Below are positions 58,301 to 64,000 of a stretch of DNA of 64,000 bases, one piece after another. Below the pieces are notes generated by a model. It made no database searches, was not told where the DNA came from, and was given only the letters and a program-made list of their open reading frames with translations. Made by a program: the position numbers and the translations under genes. The DNA is from Bacteroidota bacterium (GTDB lineage: Bacteria > Bacteroidota > Bacteroidia > NORP154): positions 3,489-67,488 of the forward strand of contig JACZWC010000011.1 of assembly GCA_022572355.1 (NCBI GenBank). The letters run 5' to 3'. Each line of letters starts with the position of its first letter. Position 1 is the stretch's first letter.

Positions 58301-60932
58301 AATTATTTGTTTGAGTTCCAGGATCATCCCAGCTGTATGTAAAAGGAGACGTTCCCCCGGTCACTGTTACACAGGCGCTTCCATCACTTGCACCGCAAGT
58401 GGCATCTACTGTTACAAAAGTTAGAACCATGGCAGCTGGCTCCGTGATGATCTGCGTAGCCGTTGCAGTACATCCATTGGCATCCGTGACAGTTGAGTTG
58501 AATGTCCCTGCACATAAACCAGTGGCGATCGATGTTGTTTGCAGGCTCGGATCATTCCATATATATGTATAAGTACCAGTCCCACCACCAGCTATTGCCG
58601 TGGCAGTGCCATCGCATAATAAGTTGCAAGTTACATTCGTACCAGATGGTGTGTTGGTTAATAACGGTGGTTCAATAACAGTGTATGAAGCAGTTACTGT
58701 ACAACTGTTTGCATCGGTTACGGTAATTGTATATATTCCCGCACATAAAGCAGTAAGATTAGATGAGGTTGGCCCACTGCTCCATAAATAATTATAGGGA
58801 CTCTGGCCACCATTCACCGTTATATTCGTGGCACCTGTACATACGCCAAAACAAGACATATCCGTTCCTATAATGCTAACGGTTGGTTCAGAATACACAA
58901 CAATACCAAAGAAGGCAACATCAGTGCATACTCCATTTGTAACGCTTTGGGTAACGGTAAAACTGCCTGAAGTACTATATACATAGCATGGATCCTCGTA
59001 AGTTCCTGAAGGATTCGGTCCGGGAAGCGGGTCGGTTCCCAATCCCAATCCCGTAAGAGTTCCGTCACCAAAGTCCCAATCGAAGCTGATACCCGCACCT
59101 GTTGATCCTGTATTTACAAAGCAATAACTATTTCCATTCAAACATTGATTTCCATTATAGGAGAAGCCTGACAGTACGGGAGGCCCCGCCAATACTGTTG
59201 TTGATGTTATTGCTGTGCAACCTCCGGCATCTGATACTGTTACACTATATGTCCCTGCGCATAAAGAGGAACATGAAGAAGTTGTGCATCCACCTGTCCA
59301 TATATAAGTAAAGGGAGACGTTCCACCCGAAACTGTAACACTGGTTGTTCCGTCACAACCACCATTACAACTTTCGTTTGTAGCTGAAGCAGATAAAGAT
59401 AATGTTGACACAATAACAGGCAACGTTTGCGCCGCACTGCAGCCACAAGAGTTGCATGCTTGCACAGAAATATTTCCAGAGGTTCCACCAGCAGTTACAC
59501 TAATAGAAGTAGTTCCTTGGCCCGAGTTGATTGTAGATCCACCTGGTACTACCCAACTATAACTCGTAGCTCCGGGAATTGCCGTGATGGAGTAGGTGTT
59601 GGTAGCACCCGGACAAACTGATGTCGGCCCAGAGATTGATACCGGAACTGCAGGCGCGGTTCCCGGAATAACAGCTTTACATGTAAATGCGCTGCATCCA
59701 CAGCCATTACAGGCCCTTACACATACATTTCCGCCAGCAACTCCGACCAGCACCGAAATTGATGTTGTTGTATTACCTGAAAGTATAACCCAACCGGGAG
59801 GCACTGTCCATTGATAGGAGCTCGCGCCAGATACGGCAGATATCGAATAGGTTTGTGTTGTGCCCGAACATGGCGAAACCGGCCCGGCGATAGCTCCCGG
59901 TGCTGCGGGAGACGGAGTCGGGTTTACTGGGAAACAAACGAATGCGCTACACCCACATGTGTTACAAGCTCTCACACATACATTACCGGTAGCACTTCCA
60001 ACGGTTACGGTTATTGAATTTGTACCTTGACCGCCAGTAATTGTCCAACCTGCTGGAACCGTCCAGGTGTAGGTAAGTCCTGGAACATTGGTAGTGCTAT
60101 AGGTAACACTGGTTCCTTCACAAGGAGTACCCGGACCCGTGGGTGTTGCCGGCGCAGCTGGACCGCTTATTGGAGTTACTGCTAAACATTGTTGCGGACC
60201 TGATCCACAAGTATTACTCGCACTAACGCAAATATTGCCAGCGGTGGCACCGACAGTTACACTAATAGATGTGGATCCCTGTCCGGAATTGATAGTCCAC
60301 CCTCCTGGAACTGTCCAGGCATACGAGGTAGCGCCCGCAACAGCGGCAATAGAATAGGTTTGCACAGATCCAACACAGGGGCTGGTAGGACCAGATATTG
60401 CGCCCGGAGCAGGAGGCGCTGCAGGTGAATAAGTTATAGTGATTGTTGCCCGGTCAATGCAAACAGTTCCATTATTAATAGGATTGATCGTATTTGTTCC
60501 TCCATAGTTGTATCCAGGCCAACCCCCAGGGCAAGGAAAGCTCTTGCATATATTCTGATTGGGAGCACAGCCTCCACATGGGCAAGATGACTGAGTAACA
60601 GTAGTTCCTATCGAGGTTCCATTTAATTGAAGTGTTACCGATCCGGTGCAACCCACCCACTTTATATTAAAACAAACTTGTGTGACAATATTTCCGGCAG
60701 GTACACAATCAAAAAAGCTCTTTGGCCCCCAGTCACCACTTCCTGAATATGGAGGGTTACATGCGTAATTTCCAGTTGGTCCTCCACAGATAGCGCAATG
60801 TCCTGTACTCCAATTCACCGTTATGGTACAGGAAGCGGCATTTGCCGTGTTCGGCTGAGTCAATGAAATAAAAGAAAACAGTATACCTGTTAAGAGAATT
60901 TTAACAAAGCGAATATTAAGCGGTTCTTTCAT
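52365..60932 (-). CDS. Giant SprB-repeat cell-surface protein with T9SS type-B C-terminal domain
   Basis: 2855 aa with a signal peptide. A Cys-rich N-terminal domain of about 140 aa is followed by 4 PKD-like modules (GATSYxWTVPxGW), 23 SprB repeats (1 + 22), and Ig/PKD domains. The C-terminus (about 52368-52685) reads FIPNIFAPND...IYDRWGEKIF...VFVYYL. Confidence 0.9.
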   Translation of the reverse strand: MKEPLNIRFVKILLTGILFSFISLTQPNTANAASCTITVNWSTGHCAICGGPTGNYACNPPYSGSGDWGPKSFFDCVPAGNIVTQVCFNIKWVGCTGSVTLQLNGTSIGTTVTQSSCPCGGCAPNQNICKSFPCPGGWPGYNYGGTNTINPINNGTVCIDRATITITYSPAAPPAPGAISGPTSPCVGSVQTYSIAAVAGATSYAWTVPGGWTINSGQGSTSISVTVGATAGNICVSASNTCGSGPQQCLAVTPISGPAAPATPTGPGTPCEGTSVTYSTTNVPGLTYTWTVPAGWTITGGQGTNSITVTVGSATGNVCVRACNTCGCSAFVCFPVNPTPSPAAPGAIAGPVSPCSGTTQTYSISAVSGASSYQWTVPPGWVILSGNTTTSISVLVGVAGGNVCVRACNGCGCSAFTCKAVIPGTAPAVPVSISGPTSVCPGATNTYSITAIPGATSYSWVVPGGSTINSGQGTTSISVTAGGTSGNISVQACNSCGCSAAQTLPVIVSTLSLSASATNESCNGGCDGTTSVTVSGGTSPFTYIWTGGCTTSSCSSLCAGTYSVTVSDAGGCTAITSTTVLAGPPVLSGFSYNGNQCLNGNSYCFVNTGSTGAGISFDWDFGDGTLTGLGLGTDPLPGPNPSGTYEDPCYVYSTSGSFTVTQSVTNGVCTDVAFFGIVVYSEPTVSIIGTDMSCFGVCTGATNITVNGGQSPYNYLWSSGPTSSNLTALCAGIYTITVTDANSCTVTASYTVIEPPLLTNTPSGTNVTCNLLCDGTATAIAGGGTGTYTYIWNDPSLQTTSIATGLCAGTFNSTVTDANGCTATATQIITEPAAMVLTFVTVDATCGASDGSACVTVTGGTSPFTYSWDDPGTQTNNCAVTLFGGGYNVLVTDVNGCTNTGAVTVNTTASVTASVVVDNMVFCNGGNNGSATVSAVGGLLPHTYSWNTSPVQTNATATGLTAGTWTATVFDNAGCTDAVTVVITEPPLLSAAILTSSDPNCFGGSDGTATVTVSGGSGSYTYSWGPTGGTLVTGTGLSAGILYTVTVTDSLSCVATATITLGEPAVLVLSIAGTDPSCNGGSNGSANLTVSGGSPGYNYLWSNGPISEDITNVVAGTYTVTVTDLNGCTDNISVVLGEPTAITLTTTVVDAYCGLANGSVCVTAAGGTGTYTYVWNDPGTQTNDCATGLFGGITYSVTVTDANNCSATATDVVNDLPGGVTTVTLINNASGFGLCDGAAIGTMTGGVGPSYTYSWNDPLLQSTATADSLCAGTVCITITDNAGCVSTDCITITEPSAISDTIVGTDVNCNGDCNGEADLTVSGGVPPYTFLWTPGNMITEDLIGLCAGTYVVDITDANGITSSNSIVINEPLVLAVNMAGNPANCNNICDGDATGVASGGTPPYTYLWDDSGTQTTSTATGLCDGTYNITLTDSLGCTTSNTFTVTEPLAVIVATTVTNATCGQSDGTATANVTNGVGPFTYSWDDINTQTNQTATGIPSGPYVVIVTDATGCIGSGSAAISDDAGAVATITGSSGTSCFGVCDGGATVAATGGTAPYTYLWSPTGQITAVAVNLCAGIHVAEVTDATGCTSTATVTIVEPGQLIATATILTDPNCNGSCDGVAIVVANGGTSPYYYQWDDPGTGTNDNVTGLCAGALNIVVTDTNNCTASDNLLLVEPLALSLTLTTVDPGCNGDATGSATVVATGGTIAYTYTWSNGDNGQIADSLSAGTYNIQVTDANLCAVIASVTINEPNVLIASIFATQDVDCNGNCTGFASVTQSGGTSPYSWVWSDGQSSPTAVALCPGVYDVTVTDDNGCLDVTSATITQPNAMILSISKSDVLCNGACDGTATVTVNGGFPPYNYEWNDLYFQTTAMADSLCDGVFQVIVTDTAGCSAFANVLIVQPNALGIILASVDSSNCGNQDGGACVNIAGGDVPYFVQWSAPGLPIGTCIDSVFAGVYTVYVVDINFCFDSMLVAINDIGAAIIDSVATVDDNCYGDSIGSAEVTSFSNASGGITYLWKDANGDTIAFGAGASSVPNLGGGTYTVTIIDGGSGCLTTEIVVINQPSPVFTAITLSNTIDISCNGLCDGRLTVSQSGGTLPYTYSWLPTSTDVTPMADSLCAGNHIVVVTDADGCQDSSSAVITEPAALTAIATVTNISCYGGSDGIIDLLPTPTGGTVPYAFTWYPPGTAGNVPTATNLLAGTDTVVITDFKGCTDTVIATVTEPSELIIDTTVTVADNCGSQQGSATVTPAGGTPAYTYSWNTSPPQADSMATGLLAGVYDVTVTDAKGCTSSGPVTVPGTPGPIIDSAVVVNLICNGGGTGSATVLVSSGTTPFTYTWNTTPIQTNATATGLSGGQYIATVTDANGCQDIKIVTVTEPAPMNLLPFQSAFLICDAESAQITIVPTGGTPPYNYSWNNALPNLATHSVSPDDSTAYIVIVTDSFGCFASDTIIILANPALSITSASVEICDGQTGTLSAFPTAGNGGPYTVTWDDGTNTTSGTVLGGDSSTVSQSPSTTTNFMIVVSDGCSYNDTTYASIILSQPPVAAFYTVNTVGCSITFIDTSKGTTSFSPIPSDTLIDFWEWNFGDGTIIGPGSGLITGSTNTTGMYNNPTHFYATAGTYTVTVTVTDYKGCTNALTLTNYITVSPPTANFSQSPDPAILSGTPPNATAPVDFTDLSFDNVTGWFWNFGDPISGIDSTSIDQNPTHVYSDSGDYNVTLVVTDVDGCVSTITRVVSISNSQVLFIPNIFAPNDITKSNVLFVSGVGIKTLSLVIYDRWGEKIFETSHSAGDQPGERADGNGSTFGEGWNGTKAGRELSPQVFVYYLEATFQDGEEVVKKGNITLVK
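53780..58885 (-). repeat. Array of 22 consecutive SprB repeats (about 77-aa period)
   Basis: Counted individually in the translation. The boundaries were checked by back-translating EPTVSIIGTDMSCFG (about 58885) and KIVTVTEPAPMN (about 53780). Confidence 0.85.
59405..60425 (-). repeat. Four tandem PKD-like/Ig-like modules of about 85 aa
   Basis: The pattern is ISGPxSPCxGxxxTYSxxxxxGAxSYxWTVPxGWxIxSGxxTxSIxVxxGxxxGNxCVxACNxCGCS. The boundaries were back-translated at about 60425 and about 59405. Confidence 0.8.
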
Positions 60933-60948
60933 CTAAATTGCGTTGCTG

Positions 60949-61431
60949 TTATTTACTTGTATTGGTTACTACAAAATACGATGGAGTATACCTGGAAAAC
61001 TCGTCTGCGTTATTGATAAGGCTACCTACCTCAACTACCAACTGCCTACCTCCATCTTTTATCAATTCACAATTGCCCTTTTTCTCTTCGCCCCCCTTTA
61101 CAGTAATTATCTTTTCTTTCGCCTGGGTTTCGTCATGCTTCCATTTCCTTCCGGTTGTGTATATCGCATCTGCCCATTCTATCTGCACAGGATAACTGTT
61201 GTGATTGGTGAATTTCAGCAAAACCACCTCCGTATTACCACATTTTGATAGTTGGGTTGATAATTCCACCCCATCTATCTGATTGGCACCCGCGGCGTTC
61301 AGATATGCGCCTATCCATATTTGTGTAGCGTCTTGTACTTGTTGATTTTGCCCTAATAAACAAAAACAGGAAAAAAGTACTAAGCTACCTGATATAGCTA
61401 GCCTATTGATAATTGCTTTGATCATAGTCAT
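60949..61431 (-). CDS. Hypothetical secreted protein (160 aa)
   Basis: ATG at 61429-61431. Signal peptide MTMIKAIINRLAISGSLVLFSCFCLLGQ. I recognise no motif. It ends 16 bp upstream of the 2855-aa gene on the same strand. Confidence 0.6.
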   Translation of the reverse strand: MTMIKAIINRLAISGSLVLFSCFCLLGQNQQVQDATQIWIGAYLNAAGANQIDGVELSTQLSKCGNTEVVLLKFTNHNSYPVQIEWADAIYTTGRKWKHDETQAKEKIITVKGGEEKKGNCELIKDGGRQLVVEVGSLINNADEFSRYTPSYFVVTNTSK

Positions 61432-61630
61432 GTTTTAACTGGAAATGTCTTGCTACGTTAATAATGCCCCAAAAGTTCCTGTAAGTTACTACAAGTATAA
61501 GTAATTAAAGACAAAATGTCAACATAATCCTTCAGGAACATATTAACAGACAGACGTAATTCACCTTGGAAGGTTGCCTGATTAAATTATTTTTAAAAAT
61601 GTAGAGGAAGTTGAAGGACCGTTTTAATTA

Positions 61631-64000
61631 CTAGCGGAACAAGGTTACATGGCCAATATACTGGTGTTTTTGACCTGCCGCATCTTTGGTATCCGTGGTT
61701 TTTATCATCCATACATAGACATCAGCTTGGGCTTGTTTGCGGCCATTGTTTGCACTTCCATCCCAGGGTTTGTCAATATCGTTTGATTTGAATATCATGT
61801 CACCCCAGCGGTCATAAATATACATTGTATACTCAAATTTCGGGTCTGAAAGGCCTATACCCAAAGGGAAAAATGTATCGTTGATACCATCGCCATTCGG
61901 AGTGAATGCATTGGGCATGAAAAGCGTAAAATCTCCTTCAATAGTCAATTTCATTGTTATAGTATCTCTGCATTGGTAACCATTTTCAACGACTAGCTGA
62001 ATTGTATATGTTCCTGTATCAGTATCGCTGTAAACATGTGTGGTGTCAAATCCAATAAAATCAGGAGAGCCATCTCCAAAATTCCATGTATGTATCACTG
62101 GAGGGGTCAAATCACCTGCTGAGGTATTTGTAAATGTTATATACGGAAATAATATTGTTGCCCTCTCAGGATCCAGGGTAAAATTAGCAATGGGGTTTGG
62201 CCAGATATTAATGTAATTCCAATAGGTCACCGTATCCAGGCAGTTATCAGGAGAAGTTACAATCAATTGAACATGATAACTCGTATCTCCAATTGGTTCA
62301 GGCTCTACGTAAGAGTGTACAGGGTTTTCTGCGGTCGTATTTGTTCCATCTCCTAAGTCCCACAGATAGGAAACATCATTTGAACTGTTGTTGGTAAAGG
62401 TAACTTCCAATGGTGCACAACCCGCAAGTGTGTCAGCAGCAAAATTCACGGTCGGCAACGAGTCCACTTGCACTATTTGGTTCACCGTATCCATGCATCC
62501 ATTGTTCGTTGTTACAATTAGTTCTACATTATACAATCCGTCATTTCCATATATATAGGAAGGATTATCATCCTGGCCGCTTATTGGCGCCGAACCGTCA
62601 CCAAAATCCCACTCCCAGACCGTTAAAATATCGGGTGTAATAGTGGAGAGGTCGGTGAACATAGTCGGAGGTTCATTAACACAAATAGTCGTACTGCTGA
62701 ATGCTGCCACTGGCAGGTTGAATAAACCAATTGGTTTGCTAATAGTGCCCAGGCATCCGCTGTCTGTTACTATAGAAAGCGTTACGTTAAAATTGGTTTG
62801 AGTCTTATAAAGATGGGCTGGATTTTGATTTGTAGCGGAAAATCCATCACCGAAATCCCAAAGCCATGAGGATACGCCATCATTAAAAACGGATGGTACC
62901 GTTGAAAGATCATAAAAAGGCATAGTATCGAGAAAACAAACGGTATCAAAATCAAAGTCAGCGGTGGGCAGGTAGTTTATAATCACATTCTTTGAAATGG
63001 AATCCACACAACCGTTATCTGATGTGGCAATTAGAGTCACTACATAAGTTCCGCCGGTATCGTAAACGTGTGCTGGCGCGATTCCCGTACTCGAATTACC
63101 ATCACCGAAATCCCAGGACCACGAAGCAATGGTGCCGTAGTTTATAGTAGAGATGTTCGTGAATTGATTGGCGATGTCGGCACAAACAATGTAAGCTTTA
63201 AAATCAACTACCGGAAGAGGTGTGACAACAACAAAGTTCGAAACTGTATCTGTACAGTTATTTTGATCCAGGGTAATAGCCAGGCTAACGGTGTAGGTTC
63301 CGGGTGCACTATAAAGATGAGAGGGATTTTGGAGCGCTGAAGTATCGCCATCACCAAAGTCCCACCACCAACCTATTATATCTCCCTTAGAAGTATCCGA
63401 AAGGTCTGTAAATAGTGTGCTGTCATTGATACAAACAGTAGTACTGCTAAACTTAGCTACCTGAGCAGTATCCAGTGTTAAAGGTATGATTAGTGTGTCT
63501 TCACATCCATAAGAAACATTTTGGGCCACCAGCTGGGCGTTGTAAGTGCCCGGCGCCAAATACGTATGCGTGGGATTCGGAATTGTGTCCGTAAACCCAT
63601 CTCCAAAATCCCAATTCCAGGCTGTTGCACATAGCGAAGAATCTATAAAATTTACGGTTAAGCCATTATCACAATATTTGAAGCTGGCGAAGCTAACGTC
63701 GCAATCCAGACACAGTACCTGCGATTGCGGAGTATAGGGAATTACAATGGCCGTCACATTAACTACTGTTGCGCCACTTAATTCTGTTGGGGATGGCGAA
63801 GTGACGATCGGCAAGGCTGTATCCATTATCGTTGCTGCCGTGTCCATGTAGCAGGTATCCCCAACCATTCCAAGGCTGTCAGTTTTAACAAAATAAGCGT
63901 CATATGGATCACCTGGCGCTGATGGTGCAAAACTCGATGAATTTCCGCACATCACGTATCCGCCATCTAATGCTTGCTGTACACCCATCGCTTTCTCTGC
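61631..64000 (-). CDS. PKD-repeat protein with T9SS type-B C-terminal domain (5' end outside the window)
   Basis: The reading frame is open to the window edge, so at least 785 aa. About 7 PKD domains (WxWDFGDG...NPxHxY) are present. The C-terminus (about 61634-61930) reads FMPNAFTPNGDGINDTF...IYDRWGDMIF...DVYVWMI. Confidence 0.9.
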   Translation of the reverse strand, partial: AEKAMGVQQALDGGYVMCGNSSSFAPSAPGDPYDAYFVKTDSLGMVGDTCYMDTAATIMDTALPIVTSPSPTELSGATVVNVTAIVIPYTPQSQVLCLDCDVSFASFKYCDNGLTVNFIDSSLCATAWNWDFGDGFTDTIPNPTHTYLAPGTYNAQLVAQNVSYGCEDTLIIPLTLDTAQVAKFSSTTVCINDSTLFTDLSDTSKGDIIGWWWDFGDGDTSALQNPSHLYSAPGTYTVSLAITLDQNNCTDTVSNFVVVTPLPVVDFKAYIVCADIANQFTNISTINYGTIASWSWDFGDGNSSTGIAPAHVYDTGGTYVVTLIATSDNGCVDSISKNVIINYLPTADFDFDTVCFLDTMPFYDLSTVPSVFNDGVSSWLWDFGDGFSATNQNPAHLYKTQTNFNVTLSIVTDSGCLGTISKPIGLFNLPVAAFSSTTICVNEPPTMFTDLSTITPDILTVWEWDFGDGSAPISGQDDNPSYIYGNDGLYNVELIVTTNNGCMDTVNQIVQVDSLPTVNFAADTLAGCAPLEVTFTNNSSNDVSYLWDLGDGTNTTAENPVHSYVEPEPIGDTSYHVQLIVTSPDNCLDTVTYWNYINIWPNPIANFTLDPERATILFPYITFTNTSAGDLTPPVIHTWNFGDGSPDFIGFDTTHVYSDTDTGTYTIQLVVENGYQCRDTITMKLTIEGDFTLFMPNAFTPNGDGINDTFFPLGIGLSDPKFEYTMYIYDRWGDMIFKSNDIDKPWDGSANNGRKQAQADVYVWMIKTTDTKDAAGQKHQYIGHVTLFR

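Noticed and set aside
53780-58885. SprB-repeat array as an assembly artefact (collapsed or expanded repeat)
   Set aside because: The 22 units are clearly diverged from one another at the protein level, with different residues around the conserved CxGxxDG / GGxxPYxYxW positions. The reading frame stays open for 8.5 kb, which argues against mis-assembly, although long-read confirmation would still be prudent.

Overview
This 64-kb chromosomal window comes from a Bacteroidota genome with type IX secretion (T9SS) and gliding-type genes. All calls were made by eye from the ORF track and my own translation; no searches were run.

Left part:
- ftsY (truncated at the window edge), DUF4295 and rpmG on the minus strand.
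- A six-gene glycosyltransferase plus CDP-deoxyhexose cluster (rfbF, rfbG, epimerase, reductase, RfbH-like 3-dehydrase).
- aroQ, a hotdog thioesterase and xerD.
- An 11-unit heptanucleotide array.
- A membrane PP2C/SpoIIE phosphatase followed by a beta-propeller/Y_Y_Y sensor with no output domain.

Middle:
- A minus-strand sprB-like adhesin operon. It encodes a 1394-aa GEVED/PKD protein with a type-A T9SS C-terminal sorting domain (CTD), then a 2310-aa repeat protein with a type-B CTD.
- Its PorP/SprF gene is separated from the cargo genes by a small toxin-antitoxin islet. The islet holds MNT/HepT, a translationally coupled small ORF, a frameshifted antitoxin and a toxin stub.
- Housekeeping and transport genes follow: a GlcD-like oxidase, DPP-IV, two POT peptide transporters, two secreted thioredoxin-fold paralogs, a DUF819 protein, a second PP2C, tRNA-Val, mutL, two rhomboids, an EEP-family protein, a TPR membrane protein and a peptide-binding protein.

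Right 17 kb:
- Three consecutive giant type-B CTD proteins on the minus strand: 1632 aa, 2855 aa and more than 785 aa. They carry 13 and 23 SprB repeats and PKD arrays.
- A 160-aa secreted protein of unknown function sits among them.

Most noteworthy:
- The toxin-antitoxin islet wedged into the adhesin/PorP operon.
- An RfbH-like dehydrase with no Fe-S cysteines and no E3 reductase partner.
- The PP2C plus orphan sensor pair.
- A hairpin-dense, GC-rich non-coding region of about 480 bp that ends in a strong terminator.
- Several phased or tandem intergenic repeats.
- A tRNA-Val with C at position 33, preceded by a tRNA-like relic.

No CRISPR array, transposase or prophage was seen.
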